Both the position numbers and the translations under genes were made by a program. Of a stretch of DNA of 64,000 nucleotides, positions 11,942-25,711 are shown one piece after another. The notes under the pieces are model-generated. The model worked only from the letters and a program-made list of their open reading frames with translations. It was not told the DNA's origin and ran no database searches. Every line of letters begins with the position of its first letter. Position 1 is the first letter of the stretch. Source of the DNA: Octopus bimaculoides (Eukaryota); assembly GCF_001194135.2 (NCBI RefSeq), contig NC_068990.1:78926764-78990763 (forward strand), in the 5' to 3' direction.

Positions 11942-14473
11942 TGAGTGTGTGTGTGTGCAAGTGCGCGTGTGTGTATATATAAACGTGATGGTTATTGAAC
12001 TTTTGTCATTCTTACTTCTATGTTCTTCGCTCTAAATCACTTGAGGATGTTCCTTTGAAAATTCGTCTCTAAGAATACAAACACATACACACACGCAGAT
12101 ATGCACGCACACATGCACACGCACACATGCACACGCACACATGCACACGCACACAAACACGCCTCACCTCATACGACTTTGAACTCGCATTCAGATGCAT
12201 TGCATAATAATGTCGCTTTAAAGCGTTCATGTTTAAACAATTGTAGGTTTACTTTCTAAATCGTGCAACGTAGTGAATACTTATTTCTAAACACGCTGTT
12301 ATCGTATAATTTGGTGTATATTCCCTGTTCTGTTTTCCTTTTCATTTTTATCGATACCTGGTCACTGTTCTCTTATCGTTTGATCACTTTGTATTCATAA
12401 AGCTTTTAAGATTTTATCATTGACATTTTTAATAGCATCAATCTGCTATTCTTACCATTTTTCACCTTCTTTGAATCAATATTTCTTTCTAATATCGCTG
12501 TCTACATTCTCCTCAGCGTTGTCATGTTACTTTTTATATTTCTTTTCGTCCAGTTTTGCTTTTTTCCCACACTACACGGCTGACATCTAGATCTACTTCA
12601 CGACAAAGTCAACTTTTAATATCTTTTAATCAATTTATATTCAAGCAAGATTATATTCTATACTTTAACTCCTCCATCTCTGACTAATACCAATTGATTT
12701 TCTTCAATTATATTTTTGTTTAATTGACAAACTGCACCTCAAACTCTTTCTCCAGTTTTTCCGTGTTTTCTTGTATTTCATAAACTTTCTCTAATGACCT
12801 GTATTCACGTAATTTCACTTAATGACACATAAAGTTTCTCTTTATTTTGACAGAACATTTCAAATTCATAATTCCTGTTTGTCGATAAATTCTGTTAATG
12901 ATTTAATTAATTTCTTAGGTAAACCATTCGTCCAGACTTTATAGTTATTTTCCTTAATATATTTGTTATTGCATACATTGGAGCGACGAAGCGTATTTCG
13001 ATATTTCATTGACAGTATCAATGGACTGAAGAATTTTAAAAACTGCACCAAAGAATTTATAATTTCAAACTAGATTTTGGGACAACCCTATAAAACGTAA
13101 AGTATTTTCTGGAATTGTGACATTTTTATCTCAATATTTGCAAAACCAAACATAAATTAATATTTGGAATATTTTTTTGATCATCCTCACCCATACCTGT
13201 TTTGACGTTAATTTCATAAAAGAATCTATTTAAAAACGGAATTGTATAATTTTTAACTCATAAAATATTCCATTCCTTTAACTATAAGAAATATTTTCTA
13301 GTGTGCCAGACTTGAAGAATGTGGAATGATAACAAGCACTTTGGAGGCCGATCAGTTTTGTTTAACCTAAATGTCCAACGAGGATCATAAAGTCTATTTT
13401 TTGCTTTCTGCTGTTGAAGGTAACCCGGTAACCCCTCATCCATTTTACTTCTGCAAGTATACATACATACATACATACATACATGTATGCATTATATATA
13501 TGAGTATGACAATACCAGCAGCCAAAATAGATGTAGTAACAAAAATCACAATAACAGCAGCAGAAGCAACAGTACCACCACCACCACCACTGCTACAACC
13601 ATCACCACCACCATTACCACTACCACCATTGCAATAACAACAACAACAATAACAGTAACCGATGCGACAGTCCATTGAGTTTATCGAGTTCCATTTGGAG
13701 AGGAAAGTTAAGAGCAGATTGGAAGTTGTTGTTCTTCGGTAAATCTATCGAAATTTCAATAAAAATGGTAAATGTGGCTCCCGTAAATGGGCCAAGTCTT
13801 CACAAGGAGCTCCAGAGCCGCATTTAGCATTAGGATCAGGATAATCCTGAATTTGTGAGGGTCATTTAGTGATCCTACTTTGTGGTATTCATCGCTGGCC
13901 ACCCAAGACAAGTTGTTCTCAACAGTTGGTCTGCATATGACCGGTAGGGGACCATAGAAGATTTAAGATTCGTTGAAATTTATCTACAATCAATTAGTTT
14001 TACTTCTACAATACACAAAATATTTTAACAATTCTTTTAATACAATTCCTAATAATAATTATAAAAATATAATGGGATTCTTGTTTAATATCGAATGGTT
14101 ATAAGGGATCATCCAAGTAAAACAGATATCAAAGGAATCCATTGGCAAAACATGGCTGCGAACCACTGGTCTACAACGTATTTCAACATTCTATCAACGA
14201 ACTGTGTCGTTTATTCACATCTTTTTATTTATTTATTCAGTTTGATTTCAGTCTCAGCTTCCATACTTTGTATAATCCCTCCCCATTCTTTCCACTCCTC
14301 ATCGTCGCATTGTTTTTTTGCTGTATACGTCATAGCGTGGTAATTGTTATATCAATATAGTCTTCCGTAATGTAATCAGTGACTTTGAGAAGCACGTAAG
14401 TAATGTTTATTTGAAATTCCCCGGTCGTTATATAAATACATTATATGTCGTTGCACACACACACACGCACGCA

Positions 14474-14552
<79 letters not shown>

Positions 14553-15274
14553 AACATTATACAGCGTTGTATCAAGACATTATACATCAAAAATAGCAAC
14601 GTCATCTTGTGAGTGTCCTATGGAGGAAGAAGAGACCATATTATCTTTTCATCCTCATCCTCTTCCTGTTTTTACCTTTTTTCTAAGTCGTCCTCATCTT
14701 AAATGTTTACCATGGACGCGTCGAAGTCAAATTTTGCTGATTTATTTATTTATTTATTGTTACATAAAACCGTTGCCGTTTTGTTGTAATTATGACTTTT
14801 GATAGGGCAGCGTTGTTGTGGACTTTGGCTTCTGACGTTGTTGTTGCTTTTAGTTTTTCTATTCTCTTTGTTCTTGTAGATATCGTCTTGTCACTAACGC
14901 TTTAACCACTGATGTTCTCGCCACCACCACCACCACCACCATTTCCGCCGCAACATCGACAGCGACGACAACAGCAACCACTACCACCACCTCAGCCATC
15001 ACAAACCGTACCCCCACCAATATCACTCCCTTAACATCACAAACAAAACCCCGGCCATCGCCATCCTCACTACCTCCAATACCAAATTAAACATCAGCCC
15101 TTCCATTATCTTTGCCCCCCCCCCCCGCCAACAGCATTCTCTACAAACTCCATTAGCATTATTATGGTGAATGCAAAGACCAACAACTGGACACTCATAG
15201 ACCCGACTGTCCATTGGTCATTACCTTCAAAGTAACGGGAATCTCCATTACGTAAGCAATTATCATTAAGAATA

Positions 15275-15309
<35 letters not shown>

Positions 15310-15348
15310 AAGGAGGAGGAGAAGTAATAATAATAATTATTATTAAGT

Positions 15349-15790
15349 AGACCAGATATTGTGATAGATAAAGGAAGAAAGGAAACCAAGATCATAGATA
15401 TTGCAACACCTGGAGATGCACGCACAAGTGATAAAGAAGTAGAAAAGATTGAAAAGTACAGACTACTAAAAGATGAAATTACAAGAATGTGGACTATTAG
15501 GGAGAGTGTCTGTCATTCCAGTAGTTATAGGGGCACTCGGAGCATTAACAACCAAATTCGAGAAATATGTCAAAGAAATCGGAATTGACATGAGAGCAGA
15601 GCAAACCCCCAAAACAGATCTGTTAGGTACAGCTAGGATTTGAGATTGGTACTTGGATGTTGAGTGTCTCCCACGATAATTATCAACGAAGTATCAAAGC
15701 TTATAATCTGCGGAAAGAGACCCCGTAACACATCCGTCGTATGCCTTACGATAATCGATCCATGACATGGCTAAGTTAGTTTTCGTCCTC
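15349..15790 (+). mobile_element. R4/Dong-like RLE LINE 3' fragment (TAA-lineage)
   Basis: RPDIV..KETKIIDIATPGD..KEVEKIEKY..VIPVVIGALG endonuclease motifs. Starts just after a (TAA)n(TTA)n tract. Confidence 0.85.
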
Positions 15791-15819
15791 TTGCAGTCTC
15801 TAAGTACAGTTTTTTTCTA

Positions 15820-16535
15820 CATGCATTAAGAACGAATTACATCAAATACAGAATAGACAACACATCAGAAGTGCAGACTTTGTGGACAAAATGGTGAATT
15901 CACATGGCATATTACCAGTCAACGTTTGCCACTAGCCCAGAAAAAATATAAGCGACGTCATGACAATATAACCAGGCTTGTCCATTGGACACTATGCAAC
16001 AAGTATGGACTTGACAGAGGAAAAAAGTGGTACGAACATAAACTCGAAGGCATCATCGAAAATGATAATGCAAAGATCCTGTGGGATTTTATGATTCAGT
16101 GCGACCATGAGATAGAGAATAGGAAGCCAGACATAGTCTTAGTTGAGAAAGAAAGCAAACTATGCTGGATCATAGATATAATATGCCCAGCTGACAACAA
16201 GGTATGCGATAAGGAAGAAAGAAAAGTCGAGAGATATGACAGGTTAGCTTGGGAGGTTAAACAGTCGTGGCCGATGAAAAAGGTGGTAGTAGTAGTACCA
16301 ATAATTGTCGGAGCTCTGAGAACAGTAAGTAAAAATGTTGAGAAGTACATGGAACAAATAGGGGCTGCAATAAGGGTGGAGCACTTGCAGAATACAGCAC
16401 TGCCTGGAACCGCTTGAATACTCCGGATGGTGCTCGAAAAATAAGAGGTGTTACCTTAGTTCAATGGTAGTGAACAGCTGGCACCGTAGTACATCTCCAC
16501 CGTTACAAGCTGTGCAAAGACAATAAAATAATAAT
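15820..16535 (+). mobile_element. R4/Dong-like RLE LINE 3' fragment (TAA-lineage)
   Basis: YKRRHDNI..KILWDFMIQCDHEIENRKPDIVLV..IIDIICP..VPIIVGAL (ORF 15926-16417), a short 3'UTR and an AATAATAAT tail. Confidence 0.92.
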
Positions 16536-17075
16536 GATGATAAATCTTTTTTACATGGATTATTTAAGGCTCTTTGCAAAAAAAGACCAACAACTACAGG
16601 GTTTAATAGCAATTGTTAAACAATTCAGTGATGACATGAGTTCGCAATTTGGCCTCCATAAATGTGCAAAAGCTACCTTTATCAAAGGAAAAATGACAGA
16701 AACATCTAACGTTAACTGTCACCAGAAGAATGTCATAAAGGAGTTAGAACCAGCAGAGAGCTACAAATACCAAGGAGTATTTGAAGGGGACAGAATCAAA
16801 CATCCAGTGATGAAGGAAAGGTTCAGAAGAGGATGTTATCGCAGTGTAAGGGCGATACTCAAGACAGAGCTGAGTGCAAGAAACAGGATTGAAGCGATCA
16901 ATACTTTAGCCATACCAGTCGTGACTTACAGTTTCAATATTTATTAACTGGTCACTTACTAAAATCTGTAATCTTGACAGAAAAATACAGAAACTGTTGA
17001 CAATGCATAGAATGCACCACCCTAAGGTAAATATAGAACGACTAGAGGGGGACTGTTAATAAAAGCCAGGGTGCG
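16536..17075 (+). mobile_element. R4/Dong-like LINE RT C-terminal fragment
   Basis: LFYMDYLRLFAK (YMDD-like), FGLHKCA, YKYQG and AINTLAIPVVTYSF. Begins directly in the TAA tail of the preceding copy. Confidence 0.88.
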
Positions 17076-17756
17076 TTGCATTACTTAATATGTAAAAAAG
17101 TATATATCGTAAATACACAAACGAAAAGTAAAAACGTACAATGACTGCACAAAAGGATGGAAGACAGACACTATATATGTATATAAATNNNNNNNNNNNN
17201 NNNNNNNNNNNNNNNNNNNNNNNNNNNNNNNNNNNNNNNNNNNNNNNNNNNNNNNNNNNNNNNNNNNNNNNNNNNNNNNNNNNNNNNNNNNNNNNNNNNN
17301 NNNNNNNNNNNNNNNNNNNNNNNNNNNNNNNNNNNNNNNNNNNNNNNNNNNNNNNNNNNNNNNNNNNNNNNNNNNNNNNNNNNNNNNNNNNNNNNNNNNN
17401 NNNNNNNNNNNNNNNNNNNNNNNNNNNNNNNNNNNNNNNNNNNNNNNNNNNNNNNNNNNNNNNNNNNNNNNNNNNNNNNNNNNNNNNNNNNNNNNNNNNN
17501 NNNNNNNNNNNNNNNNNNNNNNNNNNNNNNNNNNNNNNNNNNNNNNNNNNNNNNNNNNNNNNNNNNNNNNNNNNNNNNNNNNNNNNNNNNNNNNNNNNNN
17601 NNNNNNNNNNNNNNNNNNNNNNNNNNNNNNNNNNNNNNNNNNNNNNNNNNNNNNNNNNNNNNNNNNNNNNNNNNNNNNNNNNNNNNNNNNNNNNNNNNNN
17701 NNNNNNNNNNNNNNNNNNNNNNNNNNNNNNNNNNNNNNNNNNNNNNNNNNNNNNNN

Positions 17757-17800
<44 letters not shown>

Positions 17801-17897
17801 CGTGTGTGTGTGTATAAGTAATCTCTTTCTGATCAACATTAAACACCCAGCAAGAATGTTTTCGGTGATTTTCTCTCACTTTTTAAATATTCGCCAG

Positions 17898-18017
17898 TTG
17901 CGTTTGATACTCTTGTTCATGGCCTATTTTGGGTGGTTTCGACAGAGAAGACTTCAGTATTGTGGCCTCATCTGGAAGTCAGCCGCTTCGGAGAAGTTCA
18001 TTCCCGATTGTTTTAAG
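17898..18017 (+). CDS. Internal coding exon candidate (phase 0-0): LRLILLFMAYFGWFRQRRLQYCGLIWKSAASEKFIPDCFK
   Basis: Acceptor ttttctctcactttttaaatattcgccag| and donor AAG|gtatct. 120 bp, fully open only in frame 0, phase-compatible with exon 7202-7306. Confidence 0.68.
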
Positions 18018-19481
18018 GTATCTTAAAATAATTTTCATAAAATTCTCAAAACATTTCTTCTTTATATTTACACCTTACAACATTAAACTGCAAGTAATTC
18101 CAATTACTTAAGAAGTAGTCGCCATTTTCTATAAACAAAGGAGTTGTTACTTATTTTCCCGGCGTCAAATTGTTTTGTATAGTTATTGTTTTTATTATTA
18201 TCAATTTACCCTCTGGGATATCGTTATAAACTTGTTTAAAATGCCACTTTTTCATCTATAAATACTACATTTACTAACTTGACGATCAATTGCTCTCAAA
18301 TATTTTTCTATTTAAATCTTTTTTCTCTCTTACAAACGGTTTATATGTCTTCTTTCTATCAATATTTTCAAACTCTTTCTGCTCTCTTATCATTGTACAA
18401 ACTAACTCATTTACAAATCATATGTTATCTACTTATGATTAGTGTCAAGGGACTCGATTATTGAAAATCTTTTCTATATTTTGTTTTACTTTTGGCAGCT
18501 TCTTTGCTAATTTCTTTTTCCTCAGGTTTCGAATCGTTTTATGGCTTCTGCTTTTGACGCTGCATTTCCTTCAACAATTTTCCATTCTCAATACTTTATT
18601 TCTTTCCTAAACATTGCGCTAATGGTTTGCTTCGTATTAATTTTGCCTTTTGTTTAAAAAAACAAAGCAAAACAAAAAATCCTCTGCTTTCTCTTTCCTG
18701 GGTCAGATTTCAAATTCGTAAAGTGACATTCTTCTCCAAACATTTGGTTCTATGTTAGGACTTACTTTCGATGAGAAGTGGCACATATTGAACTTATATT
18801 ACGTTTCATAAATTGTGTACGATGGAAGAATCAATGCTATATCTATTGGTAGTGAAATAATAGTCTCTCACAAGTGCCTGCCTTATTGGATTTTTTATCT
18901 GTTTTCTTTGGGATTACAACAACCTTCTCTGTTAACATGAAAGATTTCTGTACAATATTGGTTTATCAAGAAAAATACTTCTCCTCCACCGCCACTTATT
19001 TAAAACTCCATTCCTATGTTCACGCATCAATCTGTCAATTTAAGTCCTTCACAACGCTACTCTTACCTGTCTTAGTTCATTCAAATTACCATGAGAAATC
19101 AACAATGTTTAGGTGTGTGCACCTCCGATTTACAAGGTTTCTAGTGGCAGAAATAAGAACTTTTTTTTATGATATAGTCGACATTTCAGTTCAAAAGGTG
19201 AACAATACTTGCAGAGAAACAGAAACCTGGTTCTGTTACATTATTCAGTCAAGGAAATTCTGGCAGTGCTTAACAATAGCATTTAATAAAAATGGTTTCT
19301 TTAATTTAGTTCAAAGAACTTGACAAGAATTCCTCCAGTTGAATTCTCGGGTTCAGATGACAAAAAATCCGTCGAATGTTATCGCATTTTCTTGGTTTCT
19401 TAATTCCCTCAAATCCAGTTAACCGATCTAAATCTGTTTCCGCTACTCACATAATTTCGAATTATTTTTCTATCCTTCCAA

Positions 19482-19690
19482 GCGTGACTGTGTTGTAAGA
19501 AGTTTGCTTCTCAACCACGTGGTTCCGGTTTCAGTCCACACCATGGCACCTTGAGCAAGTGTCTTCTACTATGGCCCCGACTTGGCAAGAGAGAACGATA
19601 ACATGAATATTAGGTTTTAAAAATGTACTCGCGATGCCCAGCATGGCCGTAGTCGAATGACAGAAACAAGTAAAGGATAAAGGAGCAAGT
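19482..19690 (+). mobile_element. tRNA-derived SINE family A, internally deleted
   Basis: Head GTGACTGTGTTGTAAGAAGTTTGCTT..GGTTCCGGTTTCAGTCC and tail CCAGCATGGCC..GAAACAAGTAAAG match the full copy at 62303-62713. Confidence 0.8.
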
Positions 19691-19930
19691 AGTCAACACA
19701 TGATGCTCTGTTAAGTTCATCTGTCAATATCACGTGGAGGGTAAACGCCAGCGACTCACGTGACAGTTGCGAGTTTTTTTCTATCTGGTGGTGGTGGTAG
19801 TAGGGGAGACCGTAACTGCGCTATATATTTGTGTATATGTGGGTATATGTGAATGTCTGAACGTGTATGCATGTATAAATATATATCCATGTATGTATGT
19901 ATGTATGTATGTATGTATGTATGTATGTAT

Positions 19931-22330
19931 GAGTCTCTTCTATTTTTTAATTATTATAAATCTTCCACTGAGGAGGGAGCCGGTTTCCAACAAAGATACA
20001 AGAATCCACCTTTGGGATGAAGTTAATACCGACAAATTCACATTTGAAACTTGAGAAAAGTCTTGCATATTTTTACTGTTCCACTCACACATTGCACTTG
20101 TAATGTACAAATTAGTCGGTCCATTTTTCCTTCTGAGATTCTCCTTTAAGCATTCACTAACAAAACTTAGTGCTCCAATTATTATTTGTATGAATATGAA
20201 TTCATAGTCTGGATACGGAAGCTGGAGGTTTCGAAACAGTTGTCCATAGATATTTTTTCTTTGATTTTCAAAGATATATTTATATCTGCAGGGTAACTAA
20301 CCTCTATGATGGCACATACCATTGCCCCTCTATCCCAAACAACAATATCCGGCCTGTTATGTTTACATTTGATAGAAGCTTTGATGGAAATATTCCACCA
20401 GTATTCCTTGAGTTGGTGTTTATAAATGTATTCCATAACAGAGTGATTTTCTAAGTTTATTTCAGGACGGTCTTTTTTGCGGATGGCATTGTAAATTGTT
20501 TTAGCAACAATATCGTGCCGCATGGGGCGGTAGTACCGTGACGACATTTTAGGACAGTTGCTAATCACATGCGTGATGTCTTCCACAGAAACATGACATA
20601 ACCTACACATGCGGTTGCACCTTGGGATTACAAGAGCATCACTGTCTCTCTTATTCACCAGGTATTTTGTGGCAATCTCCTGTTCCTGGATTGCAAACGC
20701 GTAGCCCTCAAAGTGTGATGCGATGTAGTGGTCTTGTTCCCAAGAGAGGCTGCGCTTCGTGTCAATTCTATTGCCTTCTTCAAGCTTCCGGGCAACATAC
20801 CCATGCATAGTCCTTTTTTTGTATGCTGAGTGCTTTACATCCAGATCTTCTCGGAGGTAAGAGAGCCCAGCTGTTTTGGGGGCTGTATAGGAGATCATCA
20901 GAAAGAGAGTGCTTCTTGAGGAGTTCACTGCCAACTCATTCAATGTTGCTCACTTCACTTTTCAGCACTGCATTTATGTATTTATTTTTGCAGCTGATGT
21001 TTAGCAGGTGCTGCCTGAGTGATACCATAAGGTATTCGAAGGCCGTTTGCACTGATCTCAGGCCTCTGCCACTTTCATTTCTTCTTAGGTAGAGCCTGTC
21101 AACATCACTGTATCGCTGGAAGTTTTCAGTTGTCAGGATTTTGCGGGTTTTGATATCTATGGAGTGGATTTCCTCTACAGACTAATCAAGTATCCCAAAT
21201 GTTGGGATCAGCATGGGCACTGCAAATGCATTGTGGGATATTGCTTAGTTGTAAGAGGAGAGTTCTGACTGACATATTTTCCTGAGTCTAGTGTAATATT
21301 CTCTGGTCACTCTGTCTTTATTCACATGCCTTCATATGATACATTTTGGTCTATGCCTAGGTACTTGTAACATTCTTTGTGTGGAATGGCGGAGATAGAG
21401 AGACTGTTGATGCACAGGTTTGGGGTCTGGGGGACTGACTTTGCTCATTCTATAACCAAATATGAACATTTCTATTGGCCAAATTGCATGCCTATATCAG
21501 CTGAAAATGTTGTTATTAATTCTAGTTGTTCTTTGGCATTGTTAACACTTTTAGCATAAATCTTCAGGTCGTCTACAAAGAAATTATGAGTTACATCGTT
21601 ATTTCTAGCAGTCGAAGTTCCTAGCATGTAACCATTGGTTTTCTGCAGTAGGGACGATAATGGATTCAGTGCCAAAATGAAAAGAAATATTTCCCTGGAC
21701 TATTTCCTTTGAAATGCCTATAATATCAGAAACAATTATTCTGTTCTCAGTTGTAAGGGTTGTCCATGTCTTTGTGAGTCTTTCAATAGCAGCAATTAAA
21801 ATAGTAGGTACCTTTACCAGGTGCAGGCACTTCAACAGCCATGAATGAAGGATAGACCCGAATGCCTTCTTATAGTCAAGCCATACTGTCACAAGGTTTC
21901 TGCGTTGTTTTTTTACTTCAGACAATAAACCTTTGTTTATTAAAAGTTGTTCGGCACGTCCCCACACTCCCTTCTTTTTTCCACTAGCCTGTTCATCAGT
22001 TACAGTGTTGCTTGACACACATTAGTCCTGGAGGAATTGGTTGAGTCAACTTGTGTACAGTTTGTACATAATATTTAGGCAAACAATAGGCCTGTAGTTT
22101 CCTGCCATCTCGGTGATTTCATTTTTGGCAACAAGATTTGTCCTTGCTGTAGCAAGCCAATTTGGTATATCAGTCTGACGGCCCATAGTCCTTTTGGACA
22201 TATATATCAATTGGTTTCTATAAAATGTCAGCTTTTTGTACGAATATCCAACTATTAAGTCCCTTCCAGATGCCTCCCCATTCTGAAGTTTGCCTACTTC
22301 AGAATTGTGTATTTACGTGTATTTACGTGT
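19931..22330 (-). mobile_element. RLE LINE, CATA-lineage, ~2.4 kb degenerate RT + CCHC + RLE + 3'UTR ending in (CATA)n
   Basis: FFVDDLKIY, WLDYKKAFGSILH, CRLCHVSVEDITHVISNC, RHDIVAK, HNRPDIVVWD and C-terminal GTVKICKTFLKF. The 3'UTR runs into the (GTAT)n array at ~19890-19930. Confidence 0.92.
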
Positions 22331-22384
22331 TGTGACCCTGAATCGAAGTCAGTCATGTTCTTAATTCTTTTAGTAAATGATCTC

Positions 22385-22620
22385 TGGGGTGAATCAGTTT
22401 TCGAAATGTTTTGTTTTGTATAAGGAGACCACAGGGGGCAGCACTATTCAAGGTGTGGCTGTACAAAGGAGATGAAAAGAGGAATGATGACACCTTGTTC
22501 GCTGGACCGGAATGTTCTTAGGATCCAGGACGTCACCCTACGAGCTATATTGACCTTATTGACCATATGGGTCCTCCAGCTGTGATTATTATTAACAATT
22601 GCTCCTAGGTCTTTGATATT
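22385..22620 (-). mobile_element. CR1-clade LINE fragment
   Basis: Nucleotide homology to 8410-8645 (e.g. GGTGTGGCTGTACAAAGGAG, AGGATCCAGGA, CCTACGAGCTATAT). Confidence 0.8.
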
Positions 22621-22687
22621 ATTATTATATATAAATTATATTATATATTATATATATAAATACATACATACATATATATATATATAT

Positions 22688-22910
22688 ACTCTTTTACTCT
22701 TTTACTTGTTTCAGTCATTTGACTGTGGCCATGCTGGAGCACCACCTTTAGTCGAGTAAATCGACCCCAGGACTTATTCTTTAGATGCCTAGTACTTATT
22801 CTATCGGTCTCTTTTTGCCGAACCGCTAAGTTACGGGGACGTAAACACACCACCATCGGTTGTCAAGCGATGTTTGGGGGACAAACACACACACACACAC
22901 ACACATACAC
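22688..22910 (-). mobile_element. SINE family A, 3' half
   Basis: CTTGTTTCAGTCATTTGACTGTGGCCATGCTGGAGCACC..GCCGAACCGCTAAG, shared with 62303-62520. Confidence 0.88.
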
Positions 22911-22915
22911 ACACA

Positions 22916-22951
<36 letters not shown>

Positions 22952-23278
22952 NNNNNNNNNNNNNNNNNNNNNNNNNNNNNNNNNNNNNNNNNNNNNNNNN
23001 NNNNNNNNNNNNNNNNNNNNNNNNNNNNNNNNNNNNNNNNNNNNNNNNNNNNNNNNNNNNNNNNNNNNNNNNNNNNNNNNNNNNNNNNNNNNNNNNNNNN
23101 NNNNNNNNNNNNNNNNNNNNNNNNNNNNNNNNNNNNNNNNNNNNNNNNNNNNNNNNNNNNNNNNNNNNNNNNNNNNNNNNNNNNNNNNNNNNNNNNNNNN
23201 NNNNNNNNNNNNNNNNNNNNNNNNNNNNNNNNNNNNNNNNNNNNNNNNNNNNNNNNNNNNNNNNNNNNNNNNNNNNNN

Positions 23279-23329
<51 letters not shown>

Positions 23330-23719
23330 CATATGTATTTATATATGTATATTTATAGATAGATAAATAGATATATAAATATATACATACATATATATAT
23401 ATATGCATATATATTTGTACGTATGTATATATATCGCTCATATATGTGTGTTCGTGTATGTATGTTTGTATATACACATATATGTGTACGTTTGTATACA
23501 CCTATATAAGTGCATATTCATCTATACAAGCCTAACTCACAAACAATACACGTAATAACAGGATTTTTCGCCCAATAAATAACACCGAAGTTAAGTTCAA
23601 CTTCCTTCCCACTCCCATACCTATTCTCTTAATTGATTTAATTAAACCTTGAAACATATTTACAGCAACAACACCCCCCTCCTTCATTACCACCCTTTCC
23701 TCTTTTTCTATTTTGGTTT

Positions 23720-23914
23720 GTGATGCTCATCATCACCATCACAATCATTACTACCAGCAACAACTGCAACAGAAGTAACAGCAGCAATACATTATAGTCA
23801 TCGACATGACTAGCATCACAATTGTTTTCCTTCTCTCGTTTATCACCATCATCACCATCACTATCGCCATCATCATCATAATTACCATCCCCATCATCAT
23901 CATCATCATCATCA

Positions 23915-23984
<70 letters not shown>

Positions 23985-23992
23985 CGTCGTCG

Positions 23993-24027
<35 letters not shown>

Positions 24028-24177
24028 GATCACGCTTATCATCGTGCCCAACAACAACCGAATACATATCGATTATAGACATTATCTCAGTCAACACCCT
24101 TCATTGTTTCTGGTTTTCAAATTTGATTTTATCAATAAAATAATTAATAATAAGCATACGATAATAACAGTATACTA

Positions 24178-24225
<48 letters not shown>

Positions 24226-24390
24226 CCACTACTACTATTATTATTATTATTATTATTATCGAGTGTGTACCAAGACAAAACAATGTACATGATTACATTT
24301 CCACTGCCTGGTACTACATCAAGGGATTTATAATAATAATAATAATAATGATGACGATGATGATGATGATGATAATAATAATAATAATAA
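23720..24390. repeat. Compound trinucleotide arrays (ATC)n/(GTC)n, (CTA)n(CTG)n(TTA)n and (AAT)n(GAT)n
   Basis: Seen directly. They produce the poly-D, poly-I and poly-Y ORFs. Confidence 0.95.
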
Positions 24391-25680
24391 TGATAATAAT
24401 GTGGAGTACTTACGCAGACTGAGACTGATCCTTAAGTCGAAATTAAACGGACAAAATAAGATCGAAGTTATCAACACCTGGGTGGTTTCACTCCTTAAAT
24501 ATGGAACAGAGATAATCGCATGGACAGTAGACGAACTAAACAGCTTAGACAGAAAGACAAGGAAGTTGCTTACTAGATATGGGACACTCCACCCAAAAAG
24601 TGACACAGACAGACTGTATGTACCAAGAAAAAGAGGAGGAAGAGGACTTATTGGATGCGGACACACCGTTAGTGCAGAAGAAAACGACATAGCATGGTAT
24701 TTAAAAAATACCACAGAACCGCTATTATTAGAAGTCAGGCTTGTGTAGGATGTAAGATTGCAAAGATAAAGCACTATACAAGAAATTGAAAACGATTGAA
24801 ACTGAAAATAAGTGGGTAAAGAAAAGAATGCATGATCAATTTCATAGGGATGTTGAAGATAAGACAGACGAAGAAAAAAGATGGCTGTGGATGACTAAAA
24901 GTGATTTAAAACCGGAAACGGAGGCTGTAATCTGTGCTGCCCAAGAGCAAGCACTAAGAACAAACTACATAAAATAGAGAATAGACAACACATCAAAAAG
25001 TGATAAGTGCAGAATCTGTAGGCAAAACGGTGAAACCGTATGGCATATTACTAGCCAATGTACGCCACTAGCCCAGAAGGAATATAAGAGACGCCACGAC
25101 AATATAGCCAGGCTTATCCATTGGACACTCTGCAACAAGTATGGACTTGACAGAGCAAAAAATTGGTATGACCACAAACCTGAAGGCATCGTCAAACATA
25201 GAAATGCAAAGATCCTATGGAATTTTATGATTCAGTGCAGCCATGAGATAGAGAATAGGAAGCCAAACATAGTCTTAATTGAGAAAGAAAGCAAACTATG
25301 CTGGATCATAGATATAGCATACCCAGCTGACAACAAGGTATGCGATAAGGAAGAAAGAAAAGTCGAGAGATATGACAGGTTAGCTTGGGAGGTAAATCAG
25401 TTGTGGTCGATGAAAAAGGTAGTAGTAATACCAATAATTGTCAGAGCCCTGGGAACAGTGAGCAAAATCTCGAGAAGTACGTGGAGAAATTAGGGGCTGC
25501 AATAAGAGTGGAGCACTTGCAGAAAACAACACTGCTTTGAACCGCTCGAATATTCCGGAAGGTGCTCGAAAAATAGGTGTTACCTTAGTTCAATGGTAGT
25601 GAACAGCTGACACTGTAGTACATCTCCAGTGTTAGAAGCTGTGAAAAGGCAACAACAACAGCAGTAGCAGCAGCAGCAAC
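24391..25680 (+). mobile_element. R4/Dong-like RLE LINE, 5'-truncated, flanked by (AAT)n on both sides
   Basis: EYLRRLRLILKSKLNGQNKIEVINTW, LHPKSDTDRLYVPRKRGGRGL, AQEQALRTN and ENRKPNIV. The 3' part is near-identical to 15820-16535. Ends in a CAA/CAG/AAT tail. Confidence 0.93.
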
Positions 25681-25711
25681 AATAATAATAATAATTATTA
25701 TTATTATTATC

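Noticed and set aside
13302-13419. Segment bounded by a good acceptor (ttttctag) and donor (AAG|gtaacc)
   Set aside because: All three frames contain stops, so it is not a coding exon. A non-coding exon cannot be supported.
20182-20943. RT/endonuclease ORFs as intact active retroelements or a domesticated gene
   Set aside because: Every copy has multiple stops, frameshifts or deletions, and no full ORF2 is present.
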